DNA from: Octopus vulgaris
Lineage: Eukaryota
DNA: 64,000 nt
Assembly: GCA_951406725.2 (NCBI GenBank)
Contig: OX597829.1
Span: 50,282,001-50,346,000 of the forward strand
Reading direction: 5' to 3'
The notes under the pieces are model-generated. The model made no database searches, was not told the origin of the DNA, and saw only the letters and a program-made list of their open reading frames with translations. Made by a program: the position numbers and the translations under genes. This document shows, piece after piece, positions 24,626-38,991 of this stretch (position 1 is the stretch's first letter; each line of letters opens with the position of its first letter).

Positions 24626-26166
24626 CTACATAGAAAAAAAAAACAAGAGAAAAAAATTACAGAAGTTATATTGTGTTCCCAATGGCATCAACGCTAAGTA
24701 ATTAAGAATAGACTAATGAGCTAACATAATGTTGTGAAACCATAAAATCATTTCGACATATTTTCACATGTATTTTATTTGATTTTGCAATTCAGTATTG
24801 ATTTTTAAGTGTTTTTTTTTAAAATTTATATATTTTTAAATATATTTGCCGGAACAGATGTAAAGTTGGATAAATTGATTGAAGGTAAGGTTTATTTTTT
24901 TCCCCATTTATTTCTTAAAAGACAAAGCAGAAGATGATATTAGACAGGTAGTGAGAGCAAAAACATAATAATTGAGTGTTAATGATACTTCTTTTCAAAA
25001 AAGAGCAAGGGAGAGAATTTTTTGATTCATAATTAAAAATTCATTATTAGCAACAAAAACGGCAATCTGTATCTCTTACTCAATGTAGAAATACTGTAAG
25101 AAAGCCACAATACTTAAGTATAGAAATATTTAAGAATCTATAGTAGATTAACAGAATAACCTTTTCTACTCTAGGTACAAGGCCCAAAGTTTTTGGGGAG
25201 GGAGCCAGTCAATTACATCGACTCCAGTATGCAACTGGTACTTAATTTTTCGACCCCAAAAGGATGAAAGGCAAAATCAACCTTGGCAGAATTTGAACTC
25301 AGAACGTAATGACAGACAAAATACTGCTAAGCATTTTGCTTGGCATGCTAATACTTCTGCCAACTTACCGCCTTTAATATTCTTTTCTACTCTAGGTACA
25401 AGGCTTGAAGTTTTGGGGGAGGGGGCCAGTCAATTAGATCAACCCCAGCATGCAACTGGTACTTATTATTTTAGAGTTGATAAATTAAGTACTAGTTATG
25501 GGGGTTGATGTAATCGACTTAATCCATTTGTCTGTCCTTGTTTGTCCCCTGTATGTTTAGCCCCCTGTGGGCAATAAAGAAATAAGATTGGCCAGAGATA
25601 TAATAGAAAATATTTGTCCAAGGTGCCATGCAGTGAGACTGAACCTGATACCACATGGTTGGGAAGTAACCTTCTTAACCACACAACCATACGTGCACCA
25701 ATAAATATATGTGAATGTGTGTATATGTGCAGGTAAAGGGAACAAGGTAAAGTCACTTTCTCGTGTCATGCCGACTCATAAGGGCCAGTTTCCCAGTTTC
25801 CATAGCATATAATAAATTCTCCCACCCTGGATGGGACCCCAGTCCATCACAGGATTACTCATTTTTTTGCCAGCTGAGTGGAGTGGAGCAAAGGGAAATG
25901 AAGTGTTGTGCTCAAGAACACAACGCATCACCAGGTCCAGGAATCGAAACCACAATCTTATGATCACAAGTCCAACACCCTAACCAATAAGCCACATGTA
26001 CCTCCACATATGTGTGCAAGTGTGTGTGTGTGTTTGTGTGCGTGTGTCTGTGTATGTGTGTGTGTGTGTGTGCATGTGTGTGTGTTTGTGCATGTGTGTG
26101 TGTGTGTGTGCAAGTGTGTGTATGTGTGTGCAAGTGTGTGTGTGTGTGTGTGTGTAAGCAAATTAC

Positions 26167-26305
26167 CTGATTGTATAGATTGTATTTGTTAATATAGTTC
26201 TTGTGTAAGTTTAGCTTCAGGAACATCCCCGTGGCATCGACATGAACTGATTTGAGCTCCCGAACACGAAAGTCTGTCTTCTCATTGTTTGCCAAAGATA
26301 TGTAA
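26167..26305 (-). CDS. CEP104: CEP104 coding exon: YISLANNEKTDFRVRELKSVHVDATGMFLKLNLHKNYINKYNLYNQ
   Basis: ttctatttccag|TTACATATC...AATCAG|gtaatt, 139 nt (1+138). Very close to CEP104 YVSLCDNEKTGCKARELKSVYVDAVGQFLKL...NKYNIYNQ. Confidence 0.96.
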
Positions 26306-28618
26306 CTGGAAATAGAAAAATCATGATTATTAAATCATTGCTTTAAAAGTAAAATGAACATAAAGCATTTTTAGCAGTGAAAATCCAAGTAGATAAAGGC
26401 TATAAATAATAATTTGTAAATATTTGATAGAAAAGTCAAAGGCTGTCTGTGAGACTTGAACCCACACCTCTAGACATGACAGACGTTTTAGGGAAAATGC
26501 ATTACAGTATTTAACTATGGCCCTTTACATCCTTAGATCAAACGTGACCTTTGTCTTTCTGGGTTTCTTAAAATGAAGTACTCATCAATTACAAGGTGAG
26601 TAAATTTAATTATTATTATTATCATGGAGGCGCAATGGCCCAGTGGTTAGGGCAGCGGACCCCCTCTCATAGAATCGTGGTTTCGATTTCCAGACCAGGC
26701 ATTGGTCCACGAGGCTCCAGCAGGGGGTGGTGGTGAACCCTGCTGTACTCTTTCACCACAACTTTCTCTCATTCTTTCTTCCTGTTTCTGTTGTACCTGT
26801 ATTTCAAAGGGCCAGCCTTGTCATACTCTATGTTACGTTGAATCTACCTGAGAACTAAGTTAAGGGTACACGTGTCTGTGCAGTGCTCAGCCACTTGCAC
26901 GTTAATTTCAGGAGCTGGCTGTTCCATTGATTGGATCAACTGGAACTCTCATTGTTATAACCAACGGATTGCCACTACTATTATTATTATCACTCAATTT
27001 TTAGAAAGCAGCAAGCTGGCAGAATTATTAGCATGTATTCCACCTGTCACTACATTCTGAGTGCAAATTCTGCTGAGGGCAATTTCGCCTTTTGTCCTTT
27101 TGGGGTCGACGTAATAAGTACCAGTTGAGCACTGGGTTTGATATAATAAACTGTACCCCTCCCACCAAATTTCAGGCCTTGTACCATTTATACTGTTTAA
27201 GGTGACGAGCTGGCAGAATTGTTAGCCCACCAAGCAAAATGCTTAGTGGCAATTCAGTCATCTTTACATTTTGAGTTCAAATTCTACTGAGGTCGACTCT
27301 TCTTTTCACCCCTGCAAGGGTCAATAAAACAAGTACCAGTTGAACACAGGGGAGAATGTAATCGACTTACACCCTTCCCCCAAATTGCTGGCCTTGTGCC
27401 AAAATTTGAAATCATTATTATCATTCTGTTTGGCCAGATTTCTGCTCTTCTGCTTTCCACAAGTCTCAGGCAATCCATCTTCTGTTCTCTTCACTGCCTC
27501 AAAGAAGCACTCAGTAATGCCATGGCTGCTGGTGTCCAGACACATGCTGATACTGTACGACCTGTAGATTTTCCTGGACAGTGATTAAGTGTGGTCCCTA
27601 TTTGTAAGACACATTTTACAAAGTTGGTCTCTTTGACAGAGCTGAAATGGTCAAGAAAAGACAAAGATTGAGCACCTAATAACTGCAATGTCATCAGGTG
27701 CTCTCCACTGACCAGACAATGCCGTTAATGGAAATTTTGCTTCAGCAATCATCATCATCATCATCATCGTTTAACGTCCGTTTTCCGCGCTAGCACGGGT
27801 TGGACGGTTCGACCGGGGTCTGGGAAGCCAGGGGCTGCACCAGGCTCCAGTCTGATCTGGCAGTGTTTCTACAGCTGGATGCCCTTCCTAACGCCAACCA
27901 CTCTGCGAGTGTAGTGGGTGCTTTTTACGTGCCACCTGCACAGGTGCCAGGGGGGTCTGGCATCGGCCACAATCGGTTGGTGCTTTTAACGTGCCACTGG
28001 CAATATATGGAGAATTAGTGCTGGGGAAGAAGAATGACATTCTCTAAGAACCTCTGAGTAAGAATGAGAACGAACTAGCTGGTCTGTTTCAGAGGAGTCT
28101 TGAGTCAGGAACAACATGGATATTTGCAGAAATCTTTGGCCTGACAGTACACTACCTGTTTGTAATAAATTCCTCAGGTATGGAGGTGCTGTCAGGCAAC
28201 AAGCAGAACAATCCAAAAATGCTTTCAACATGATGGCACCACGCTGCATTCATGCAGTGTCTATGCTTTGCTGACTTTAGGGGTTATGTTGAATGCCTGC
28301 TGTTGCATGAAAGATGAATCCAGCCACTGGCCAAATCCATTTTAAAGATGACCATTTGCCTTTAACAAAGAGTGGGTTGGTAGTGTTCTTCAGTTTGGTT
28401 ATTATGGTAAAAAAGTGAGCGATGACAAAAGGATTAAGGACAGATACATTGTTCTTTGGTCAATCCCACATCAATACTTTTAGGTTCTACTTGAAAAGTA
28501 AAGTGTGGGTGGATGGGTTGAGGTAATTTTCTTCCCTCCCAGTGAATTTGTCAAAGGGTAGACGACTGAGGAAAAAATGGTCAGGATGAATGGAACTAGT
28601 CCAAAGAAACATCTAGAT

Positions 28619-29201
28619 CAGTGATTCTCAACCAGGATCCATATGGCTCCCTGAGGGTCTATATAAGATTTCTGGGGTTATACAGCAACATAATAAATTA
28701 GGGATCCACAATAGTATTTCAAAGGATCCCTGAAAAATGTTTGCTTTAGATGTATGTATTGGTATGTATCGCAAGAAACAGCTTAATTTCTTTCTTTCTC
28801 TAACATTTTACATTGTTCAACCTACGAAAGTTAATGTGTGAGAAAGACAAAATAGGAATTTTGAAAGAAGTTCCTATAAAGCTAGTTTTTAAATATAGAA
28901 TTGGCTATGGCCACCAGAATAGGATAGCAATCAAAGGAGTCCATGGGTGAAAATTGGTTGAGAATCTCTGCTTTTGATGTGTGTATTGGTATGTATTGCA
29001 AGAAACAGTTAGGTTTCTTTCTCTAACATTTTACATAGTTCAACCATTACAAGTTAATGTGTGAGAAAAACAAAACAGGAATTTTGAAAGATGTTTCTAT
29101 AAAACTAGTTTTTAAACATCGAATGGCTAAAGGGGTCAACCAGAATAAAATAGTAATGAAAGGCACCCAGAGATAAAAAAAAAAATGGTTGAGAACCCCT
29201 A
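28619..29201. mobile_element. hAT (Charlie-like) MITE with an internal ~230 bp tandem duplication
   Basis: CAGTGATTCTCAACC...GGTTGAGAACCCCTA; flanks ATCTAGAT/ATCTAAAC. 28743-28970 is repeated at 28970-29200. Confidence 0.75.
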
Positions 29202-30374
29202 ATCTAAACTGTAGACTGGAGAACAACAATGGCCACCATAGTGGTAGAAAAGGCAGGGAAAGGGGACAATGTGTTCATGGATCCGAGGTTGGAGAAGAGT
29301 CTGTTTGATCAGAACTAACCAAGGTCTAAACAACTATCGGTGTCTCTGGCCATGAGACTGAGCTCTTCTTAATAACACAGGCCATCTAATAATAATAGGT
29401 ATCCTTGGGTAATACCACTCAACATTGTAGGCAGGGGTAGCATAGTAAAACTGACCAGTGTTTCATTGATTTGCAGGGTTGAGCTCACATCTTTCCAAAA
29501 ATTGCTGTCACATTTTCTTAAAATCACACTTTTCTTAAAATCCCACCCTAACATAATATAAGGGTGGATAATGTAGTCCAAGATATACTATATTTTATTT
29601 CATAATGGGCGACCATGACTGGAAGGCTTTTGATCATAGGGTTATACCTTCAGTACTAACCTGAGCCTAAATATTATTTTAACAGGCTTGGTTAGAATTG
29701 GTTGATGAAGCTGGTTTGTGTTCCAATGTAAGTGTGTATGTAGACAAAGGAAGAAATGAGAAAACCAGGAGGATAAAATGTGATGATTTATTCGACCCGT
29801 TAAAGAAAGGGTATTCTTATCTCATTTATGTCTTGTCCTAGCATAGAAAACACATATCAAAACGCACACAGATGACCTAGGAATGAAAACCATGGTCTTG
29901 TGTTCATGTGTGTAACATTCTGGCCTCTTAGTTACACATCTTTACACCTTTACACACACACAAACACGCATATGGCAAAGTTGATGGAATACCTCTTGAA
30001 GGAACGGTCAGAATATATACACAATGGTTTAACATGCAGATAGTACATAATGATGATGGATGCAATATAGAATAGAAAAACAAAAAAAAAGTGACATAAC
30101 TTCTGCTTAAGGATAGAAACAAATGTACACACGTCAAGGGATACCAAAGGCTGCCTGTGAAATAAATCTCTCAGCTGTTGATTCAAACTCGACCACACAA
30201 CCCACCTCGCTATAGAAATAGCAGGAAGGGACTCCAGTGAAGAGGCATAAATTTCCCATGCTTGGCTGGTCTGTCATGTGATGAGATGAGAGTCAGAAGG
30301 GCGAGATCGGTATATAACTCATCATGTGACCAGGTCATGTGATGACTTCCAGAAAACACAATGTACGAGCTAAT

Positions 30375-30737
30375 ATCATCATCATGATCATCATCATCAT
30401 CATCGTTTAACATCCGTTTTCCACGCTAGCATGGGTTGGATGGTTCGACCGGGGTCTGGGAAGCCAGGGGCTGCACCAGGCTCCAGTCTGATCTGGCAGT
30501 GTTTCTACAGCTGGATGCCCTTCCTAACGCCAACCACTCCGCGAGTGTAGTGGGTGCTTTTTACGTGCCACCTGCACAGGTGCCAGGGGGTCTGGCATCG
30601 GCCACGACCGGTTGGTGCTTTTAACGTGCCACCGGCACGGAAGCCAGCCAAGGCGGCACTGGCATCAGCCACGTTCGGATGGTGCTTTTTATGTGCCACC
30701 GGCACAGAAGCCAGTTGAGGCGGCGCTGGCATCGGAT
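30375..30737 (-). mobile_element. (GAT)n-tailed SINE-like family A. More than 12 copies, e.g. 2270-2584, 4760-5125, 20380-20830, 27750-28000, 37100-37830, 39355-39632, 56598-56960, 63860-64000
   Basis: Conserved GGTTGGCGTTAGGAAGGGCATCCAGCTGTAGAAAC...CCCATGCTAGCATGGAAAGCGGACGTTAAA(CGAT/GAT)n, with internal GTGGCACGTAAAAAGCACC sub-repeats. Confidence 0.85.
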
Positions 30738-30959
30738 CCTTATTTAAGCTTAAACAAGCAAACTGTGAACATATACTTGCTACAGCATCAACAACAATAA
30801 CTAAGTTGGTTTGTCTTTGACATATTGCCATTATGTTTCCCTTAAATATTGAAACCTATTCAATCCCGTCTCTAATGAAATTTAGCAAAGACATGTGCTG
30901 TGTATTTGTTGGAGTATTATTTCTTTTTATTTTTCTCATATATACAGTTATTTACTTAC

Positions 30960-31041
30960 CCAAGGCATACATATCGGACGTTTTTTAAGTCGAGAGGCTC
31001 ATTTTCAGGAATATCTCCAACAAATATTTCAATCTTGGAGG
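30960..31041 (-). CDS. CEP104: CEP104 coding exon: (S)SKIEIFVGDIPENEPLDLKNVRYVCL(G)
   Basis: ttatacatttcag|CCTCCAAG...CCTTGG|gtaagt, 82 nt (2+78+2). Continues the frame of the 56.1 kb exon; homologous to SSKIEFYI...RFRRLG. Confidence 0.92.
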
Positions 31042-33546
31042 CTGAAATGTATAAAAAGAAATTTGCATTAATATTTCAACCAACATAAGGCAGCGAGCTG
31101 GCAGATATGTTAGCACGCTGGGTGAAATGCTTAGCGGTATTTCGTCTGTCTTTATGTTCCGAGTTCAAATTCTGCCAAGGTCGACTTTGCCTTTCATCCT
31201 TTCGGGGTCGATAAATTAAGTACCAGTTACGCACTGGGGTCGATGTGATCGACTTAATACCTATGCCTGTCCTTGTTTGTCCCCTCTGTGTTTAGCCCTT
31301 TGTGGGTAATAAAGAAATAGGTATTTCGTCTGTCTTTATGTTCTGAGTTCAAATCCTGCCAAGATCAACTTTGCCTTTCATCCTTTCAAGGTCAATAAAT
31401 TAAGTACCAGTAGATCTAATCTCAACTGGCCTCACTCCCCCAAAATTTTGGGCCTAGTGCCTAGAGTAGAAAAGAATATTTCAACCGACGTCATCTTCAT
31501 TTAGCATCCGCTTTCCATGCTAGCATGGGTTGGACATCCCAACAGAGAGCAAATATCTAATCTCTCCACAGCATTTCTTGTTTCCTTCTTGAGTGAGGAA
31601 AGTTCTAATGAATTAACCGGAGGAAAGAAAATTTCTCTTTCTTTTGTTAATGACACAAAATGATGTTTCCAATAGTATAATAGTATAAACTATTGGTCAT
31701 GAGGTGAACATAACTTTAACATCACAAGTATTTTCTACACAATCCTACTTAAGTTGAATATTTACTTCGAATAAATTATTCACATTGTTTGGGATTAACC
31801 ATGCATTATCTTGTAGCTAAGAGATTTCAATGATGTGGACGTTTAGTTTTAGAATGACATTGTAGGGTAATTGTAAGAGATTGGATCTGCTTAGTTTTAA
31901 TAAAACAGATAAAATATTTGGGCCGGATGTGGCAGGATTAAATGAGTAAAGGGTCAATTTAATTGGAAACAGTGTGAAGTGATGGCTGTTATTTCTTGGC
32001 CTAACTCATCATAAAGCAAATACAGACTACAGTGGAAAAGGCAAGCCACTGGGTTTGATCAAAAAGAGATGATGAGCAATGGCTAGAAGGACATTGAGTG
32101 AAACCTATTAACCATTTGATCTAGCAAGCAGGACACCATCTCAGTAAGGAGAACCAGTGCACAATAATGCTGTCAAGAGGAAGGCTCCAAAATGGCATGC
32201 ATTTTCTCCTGATGACCCCATAAGCCTGCTAGCATCCAGTATACAGAACTTTCAAATGCAAGTTGTTTGCAATATGTATCATCATCATCATCAATATCAT
32301 TTAATGTCCGTTGTCCTTGCTGGCATGGGTTGGATGGTTTGACCAAAGCTGATAAGCTGAGGGGCTGCACCAGGTCACAGTCTGATTTGGCATGGTTTCT
32401 ATAGCTGGATGCCCTTCCTAACACCAAATCTATATTACTCTTTTACTTTTTACTTGTTACAGTCATTTGACTGCGGCCATGCTGGAGCACCGCCTTTAGT
32501 CGAGCAAATCGACTCCGGGACTTATTCTTTGTAAACCCAGTACTTATTCTATTGGTCTCTTTTGCCAAACCGCTAAGTGACGGGGATGTAAACACACCAG
32601 CATCAGTTGTCAAGCAATGCTAGGGGGACAAACACACACACATATATATATACATATATACGACAGGCTTCTTTCAGTTTCCATCTACCAAATCCACTCA
32701 CAAGGCATTGGTCGGCCTGGGGCTATAGCAGAAGACACTTGCCCAAGATGCCACGCAGTGGGACTGAACCCGCAACCATGTGGTTGGTTAGCAAGCTACT
32801 TACCACACAATATATATAAACCCTTTCTCATGCTTCTTTGAGAACACCCTGTCACTTACATTATGACCTCTGTACTTTGAGGGTATGCCCTAACACTTCA
32901 AATATCATCTCTCCCTTGCTCTCTTTTGCATTTTTGCTGTCTTCCACTCTCTCTCTCTCTCTCTCCTGCTCTTTCCTCAGGCTGGATAATTATGTATCTC
33001 CTTTACAACAGCACACCTATTTCTGTCCTCATTCCTGATCTCTCTCTCTCTCTTTCTCTCTGGCCGGGTAACCACATACCTCCTCCACAGTAAAACACCT
33101 GTTTCTGCCTCTCTATTTCTCTATATAACTAGATCACCTTCTTCAATGCCACATCCCATCTCAAAAGATCTTCGTCTTGCAAGTTACTTGGTGACCCTGC
33201 CAGTGCTGGTGCTACTAAACCTCATGATATTGCTTATAATAAATCTTGATTTTTTTTATGACTATACCAACTAGAATGTCTGTCTACTCTCTCAGCCCTA
33301 CCCCTAACAGATACTGCCCTCTGTTCTCTCAGCCTTAGATATACAAGGGATTTGATAAACTAGCTTATAAATTAAAACTGACAAAAAATCAGTGGCAGGC
33401 AGAGTTTTCTTGATAATTTTAGTAACTTCTATGCTGCAGTAGAGACAACATGTTCTTTGTCTCTCTCCTTAACTTCTTGGAGATTTTAGGTATAATTATA
33501 CCTATGTGTCCATCTGTTCTAAATTTAATTAAATTCTATGTCTTTG

Positions 33547-33633
33547 TACAGCTGAAGATTGCTCTACATTTTAAATTGATGTAATGACAGCATTGTTCAA
33601 ATAAATGGAGTTGCATGAAACGATCGTACTGTA
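33547..33633 (+). ncRNA. Type I hammerhead ribozyme-like motif (Penelope-associated), probably degenerate
   Basis: TACAG-CTGAAGA-[stem II]-GAAA-CGATCG-TA-CTGTA. Confidence 0.55.
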
Positions 33634-34055
33634 TTACCTCTGGATATTCTTGTTGCTTATTTAATCACCTTACTTTGAAATTGTATGGATAACACTGTAC
33701 TAAATTCTGATATCTGCGTGTATATATACGTAGATATTAACAAGTGAAACCAATTGGTATGCAGGTAATCGTTTTTTTTTATTTCGTATGTTTTCATTTG
33801 TCTTACTCATTTTTACATTTTGGCATTTTGCTGATATTTCTTTCTTGAGAACACATTCTTCGTGGTAATGGCAATTTGATGTCTATGTTTAGCATACAGG
33901 GTGTCCACTTTAGTGGTCATTCCTCTTAATTTTGTATGTAACACAATTTTTAATCTTCGGATTTTTAAAAATATGCTAAGCTACTGGTTTTAATTGATTA
34001 ATATCAATTTCTACCCTTATTATTTAATTTTATATATATACACACACAAACACAT

Positions 34056-34093
<38 letters not shown>

Positions 34094-34402
34094 GTATTCT
34101 TATTCGTGCTATCATTATTGTTTTTACGTATTTTTGTATTTTTATTCGTGTAACATCGTCCGTTTTCCGTCCCTGTGTTGTATACATTCGAGGCTTTCTT
34201 CCAAGGAATCTAATGCGCTTGGCTTGGATTTCCCTTGGGGGCTGCCCAGATCGGAGCAATCACAAGATTAATCAGCCGAAATTGCAAAGACGATCCGGTT
34301 CTTGACTGATGATTGAGGGCTTCGAATGTCCCGTCCGTGTTTTTTGTGTCGTCTTCTAAATGTTTCCTGTTCTTGTCCCAGTTTGTATATTTTTTTATTT
34401 TT

Positions 34403-34463
<61 letters not shown>

Positions 34464-34476
34464 TATACATATATAC

Positions 34477-34527
<51 letters not shown>

Positions 34528-34883
34528 TATATATATAATACATAAATATGTACATACATATTTATAAATCCATACATGTTTGTAAATTATTCAGTTAGGT
34601 CATCTGGAAATCTGTATACGAGAGAACTAAATTATTAATGGAGAGACTCTTCAGTTTTTTTTTTCTCCTTCTTCTTCGTTATGTGTCTTTATGTTTTCTT
34701 TGATCTTAATAGTTACGAAGATTATTGAAGCAAAACACTATAATGCATGAGCAGTCTTCACAGTTTTCTTGTGTGATGTATATGGATGTTTATAAACACT
34801 GGTTATGCATCATCCATTTTAAGCTTAATTTAAACTATATAATTACACACACAAACACACACTCAGATAGATAGATAGACAGT

Positions 34884-34949
<66 letters not shown>

Positions 34950-34974
34950 GATAGATAGATAGACAGACAGTTAG

Positions 34975-35005
<31 letters not shown>

Positions 35006-35029
35006 GATAGATAGATAGACAATTAGATA

Positions 35030-36077
35030 TGTTTCTTTATTAGCCACACAGGGCTGCACACAGATAGAACAAATTACAAGGTAGAGCTTTTCTTTTGGGG
35101 GTAAAAAAAGGAGAGTGGTGGTTTTCGATCAAAAGGGATCGTAAAAGGAAGGAAAAAGGACAAAAAAATGGGAGGGGTTAAAAAAGGGGGGGGGGAGAAA
35201 AAAAAAAAAAAAAATGAATAATAGGGATCATTATCACAGAAATGTCAATATGAAGTGTAAAGGGGAGGACAGGTGAGGTTTACCCGTGGAAAGAAAAGCC
35301 TACGGAAAAGACCACGGTAACCTCGGTCAATGAAGTCACATGTTATATTTCTTTTCTTTTTTTTTGCAAATAAGCAACTCTCTGTATTAATTTTAATGGT
35401 TCATAGAATCATAGTCAAGGTGGCTTCGTCATTCATACGTGCCATCCTTGCTACATTCACCCATCTTTTTTTAAAACATTCACTAGACAAAACTTGCCTC
35501 TCTACTCTCACTTTCCTCTTCAAGTGATACTTGAAGAAGTTGATGAGAGATTGACCAGAGAGGAAAGTGTTTGTCTCTAATCCTTTCAGGCGCGTCCACC
35601 AGATACATTCTTTCGCCATAGCCACAAGTATGATAAAAATAGCTCTTCCTTCCCGTTTGAAGGAAGGAGGCGTGACGATATTAACGATAGACTCGGCTGA
35701 TAAACCGACACGTCCCACACGTGACAGCAGTCGTTCGACATAAGCCCACAGGTCGGAAATTGCTGGACACTGCACGATTGCGTGCAGAGCGGTTTCGTCG
35801 CTCTGCCCGCATCTCGGGCAGGTCGGCCCCGTGTTTCTCGAGCCATGCCTATAGAGCTTATCCCGAACGGGTAGCGCTTCTCGGTAGCACCGCCAGGCCA
35901 GGGATCTCTGGAAGTTGTCCATAGGTCCCGGGCCGAAAGTCGTTTGAAACAGGCGGGTCAGGTATTCCTCGTCGACGCCCAGGTTTGCCCCGAGCTCGTC
36001 GTCGTACCTCCCCTCCACTAATCCCCTATAGAATGCTTTGGTTGTGTTGAAGTCACTCAAGGTCGACCCGGGACGGC
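35030..36077 (-). mobile_element. 5'-truncated Tx1/L1-clade LINE, ORF2 C-terminus with CCHC zinc finger
   Basis: Uninterrupted frame with LPVRDKL...CPRCGQSDETALHAIVQC ending at 35401. 3' UTR ends AATAAAGAAACA. 13-bp TSD AGACAATTAGATA at 35017-35029 and 36078-36090. Confidence 0.92.
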
Positions 36078-36424
36078 AGACAATTAGATAGATAGATAGA
36101 TAGACAATTAGATAGATATAGACAGATATATAGTTAGATATATGTATTTCTATATATTTATACATACACATTTATATATGTTTTATCTTTTATCTTTTAC
36201 TTGTTTTAGTCACTAGACGGTGACCATGCTGGGACACAGCCTTGAAGAACTTTTAGTCAAATGGATCAACCTTAGTACTTCCTTTTTTTTTTATTTTTAA
36301 GAAGTGGTATTTATTCTATTGGTCCTTTTTGCTGAACCGCTAAGTTACGAGGAGACAAACACGCCAACACCAGTTGTCAAATGGTGGGGGTAGTGGAGAC
36401 AAACACAGATACAAAGAAACACAG

Positions 36425-36462
<38 letters not shown>

Positions 36463-37600
36463 TATATATAAATAATAATGAGGGAGATAAATTAATATTA
36501 ATTTTAATATCAATATATATATACATACACACACACACATATATATATGATGATGATGATGATGATGATAAACTCTCCCATCATTAAATGATGTATGAGG
36601 GTTCAACGATTTCTTACCGTAAAACCACACAGGTGATTTGTTTTTAGTGATCAAATGTTTGTGTAGACATAAGCTCACTCCTTCCATCAGATTGACATTA
36701 CCTGTACAGGTGCAACAGATGTCAGATGACTAAATGATCACAGAGCAACGTGAAATGAAATGCTTTGCTCAAGAGCACAACGCAATGCCTGATCTGGGAA
36801 TTGAACCCACAATTTCGCAATTGTGAGTGCAACACCTTAACCACTAAGCCATGCTCATATATATAGTTATATATTTCTTTACTACCCACAGGGGGCTAAA
36901 CACAGAGGGGACAAACAAGGACAGACAAACGGATTAAGTTGATTACATCAACTCTAAAAGGATGAAAGGCAAAGTCGACCTCAGCGGAATTTGAACCCAG
37001 AACGTAACGGCAGATGAAATACGGCTACACATTTTGCCCAGCGTGCTAACGTTTCTGCCAGCTCACCACCTTGATATATATATATATATATATATATATA
37101 TCATCATTATCATCATCATCATCGTTTAACGTCCGCTTTCCATGCTAGCATAGGTTGGATGATTTTAACTGGGGACTGGCGAACCAGACGGCCGCAACAG
37201 GCTCCAATCTTGATCTGGTAGAGTTTCTACAGTTGGATTCCCTTCCTTAATGCCAACCACTCTGAGAGTGTAGTGGGTGCTTTTTACATGCCACCGGCAT
37301 GGGGGCCAGTCAGGCAGTACTGGCAATGACCTCACTCGAATCTTTTTACACATGCCACTGGCACAGATGCTAGTAAGGCAATGCTGGTAACGATCATGCT
37401 CGAATGGTGCCTTTTACATGCCACCGGCACGGAAGCCAGTTAGCCGCTCTGGCAACAATCATGCTCAGATGGTGCTCTTGGCACCCTACTAGTACAAGCA
37501 CAAGTGCCAGTAAGGCGACGCTGGTAATGATCACACTCGAATGGTGCCTTTTATGTGCCACTGGCACGGAAGCCGGTTAGCCGCTCTGTCAACGATCACA

Positions 37601-37640
<40 letters not shown>

Positions 37641-38022
37641 GCACGTAAAAAGCACTCACTACACTCACGGAGTGGTTGGCGTTAGTAAGGGCATCCAGCC
37701 ATAGAAACACTGCCAGATCAGACTGAGCCTGATGCAGCCTTCTGGCTTCACAGACCCCAGTTGAACCGTCCAACCCATGCTAGCATGGAAAGCGGACGCT
37801 AAATGATGATGATGATGATGATGATGATATATATATATATATATACATATATATAATTGGCTTCTCTCGGTATCCATCTACTAAATCTACTCACAAAGCT
37901 TTGGTGAGCGTGAGACTATAGCAGAAGACACTTGCCCAAGGACCCACACAGTAAGGCTGAACCCAGAACCATATGGTTGGGAAGCAAGCTTCTTACCTCA
38001 CAGCCTCACCTGTGCATATGTA

Positions 38023-38055
<33 letters not shown>

Positions 38056-38599
38056 ACATATCATCATCATCATCATCATCATCATCATTTCATGTCCATT
38101 TTCCTTGCTTGCATGGGTTGGACAGTTTGGCTTGAGCTGGCAAGATAAAGAGCTCCAGTCATCTGTTTCAGGGCTTGGCTTCTACAGTTGGATGCCCTTC
38201 CTAATGCTAGCCACTTTACACAGTGCACTAAGTACCTTGTGGCACCATGTGGCACCAAAACAGGTGCCAACAGGGTCACCATGGAACTTACAAGACGACT
38301 GTGTATACATGTGCCAGCATGGAAGGTGCACATTAAATGATGATGATGATAAGGCGCAATGGCCTAGTGGTTAGGGCAGCGGACTTGCGGTCGGAGGATC
38401 GCGGTTTCGATTCCCAGACCGGGCGTTGTGTGTGTTTATTGAGCGAAAAAAACACCTAAAAGCTCCACGAGGCTCCGGCAGGAGGTGGTGATCCCTGCTG
38501 TACTCTTTCACCACTCTAAAAGGCGGTGCTCCAGCATGGCCGCAGTCAAATGACTGAAACAAGTACAAAAAAAAAAAAAAAAAAAAAAAAATAATCACA

Positions 38600-38650
<51 letters not shown>

Positions 38651-38921
38651 TACACAAGACCTTCAGCATTATGTCACGCTTGAGAAGAAAATCCATCAAG
38701 TCGAGCAAAATCACAGTTGTGGCAGATATTGGTGTCGTGCAAATGGCACCCTTGCTGGTGGCACGTAAAAGTATCCATTACACTCTCAGAGTGGTTGGTG
38801 TTAGGAAATGTATCCAACCATAGAAAACCATACAAAATGAGACTGGAGCCTAGCACAGCTTTTCAGCATGCCAGCCCAGTCAAACCGTCCAACCCATGCC
38901 AGCATGGACAACAGACATTAA

Positions 38922-38991
<70 letters not shown>

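Noticed and set aside
22735-24930. Diverged ~200-bp direct repeat at 22735-22950 and 24745-24930
   Set aside because: Real but old and AT-rich, with no coding or structural signal; the enclosed CEP104 exon is not duplicated.
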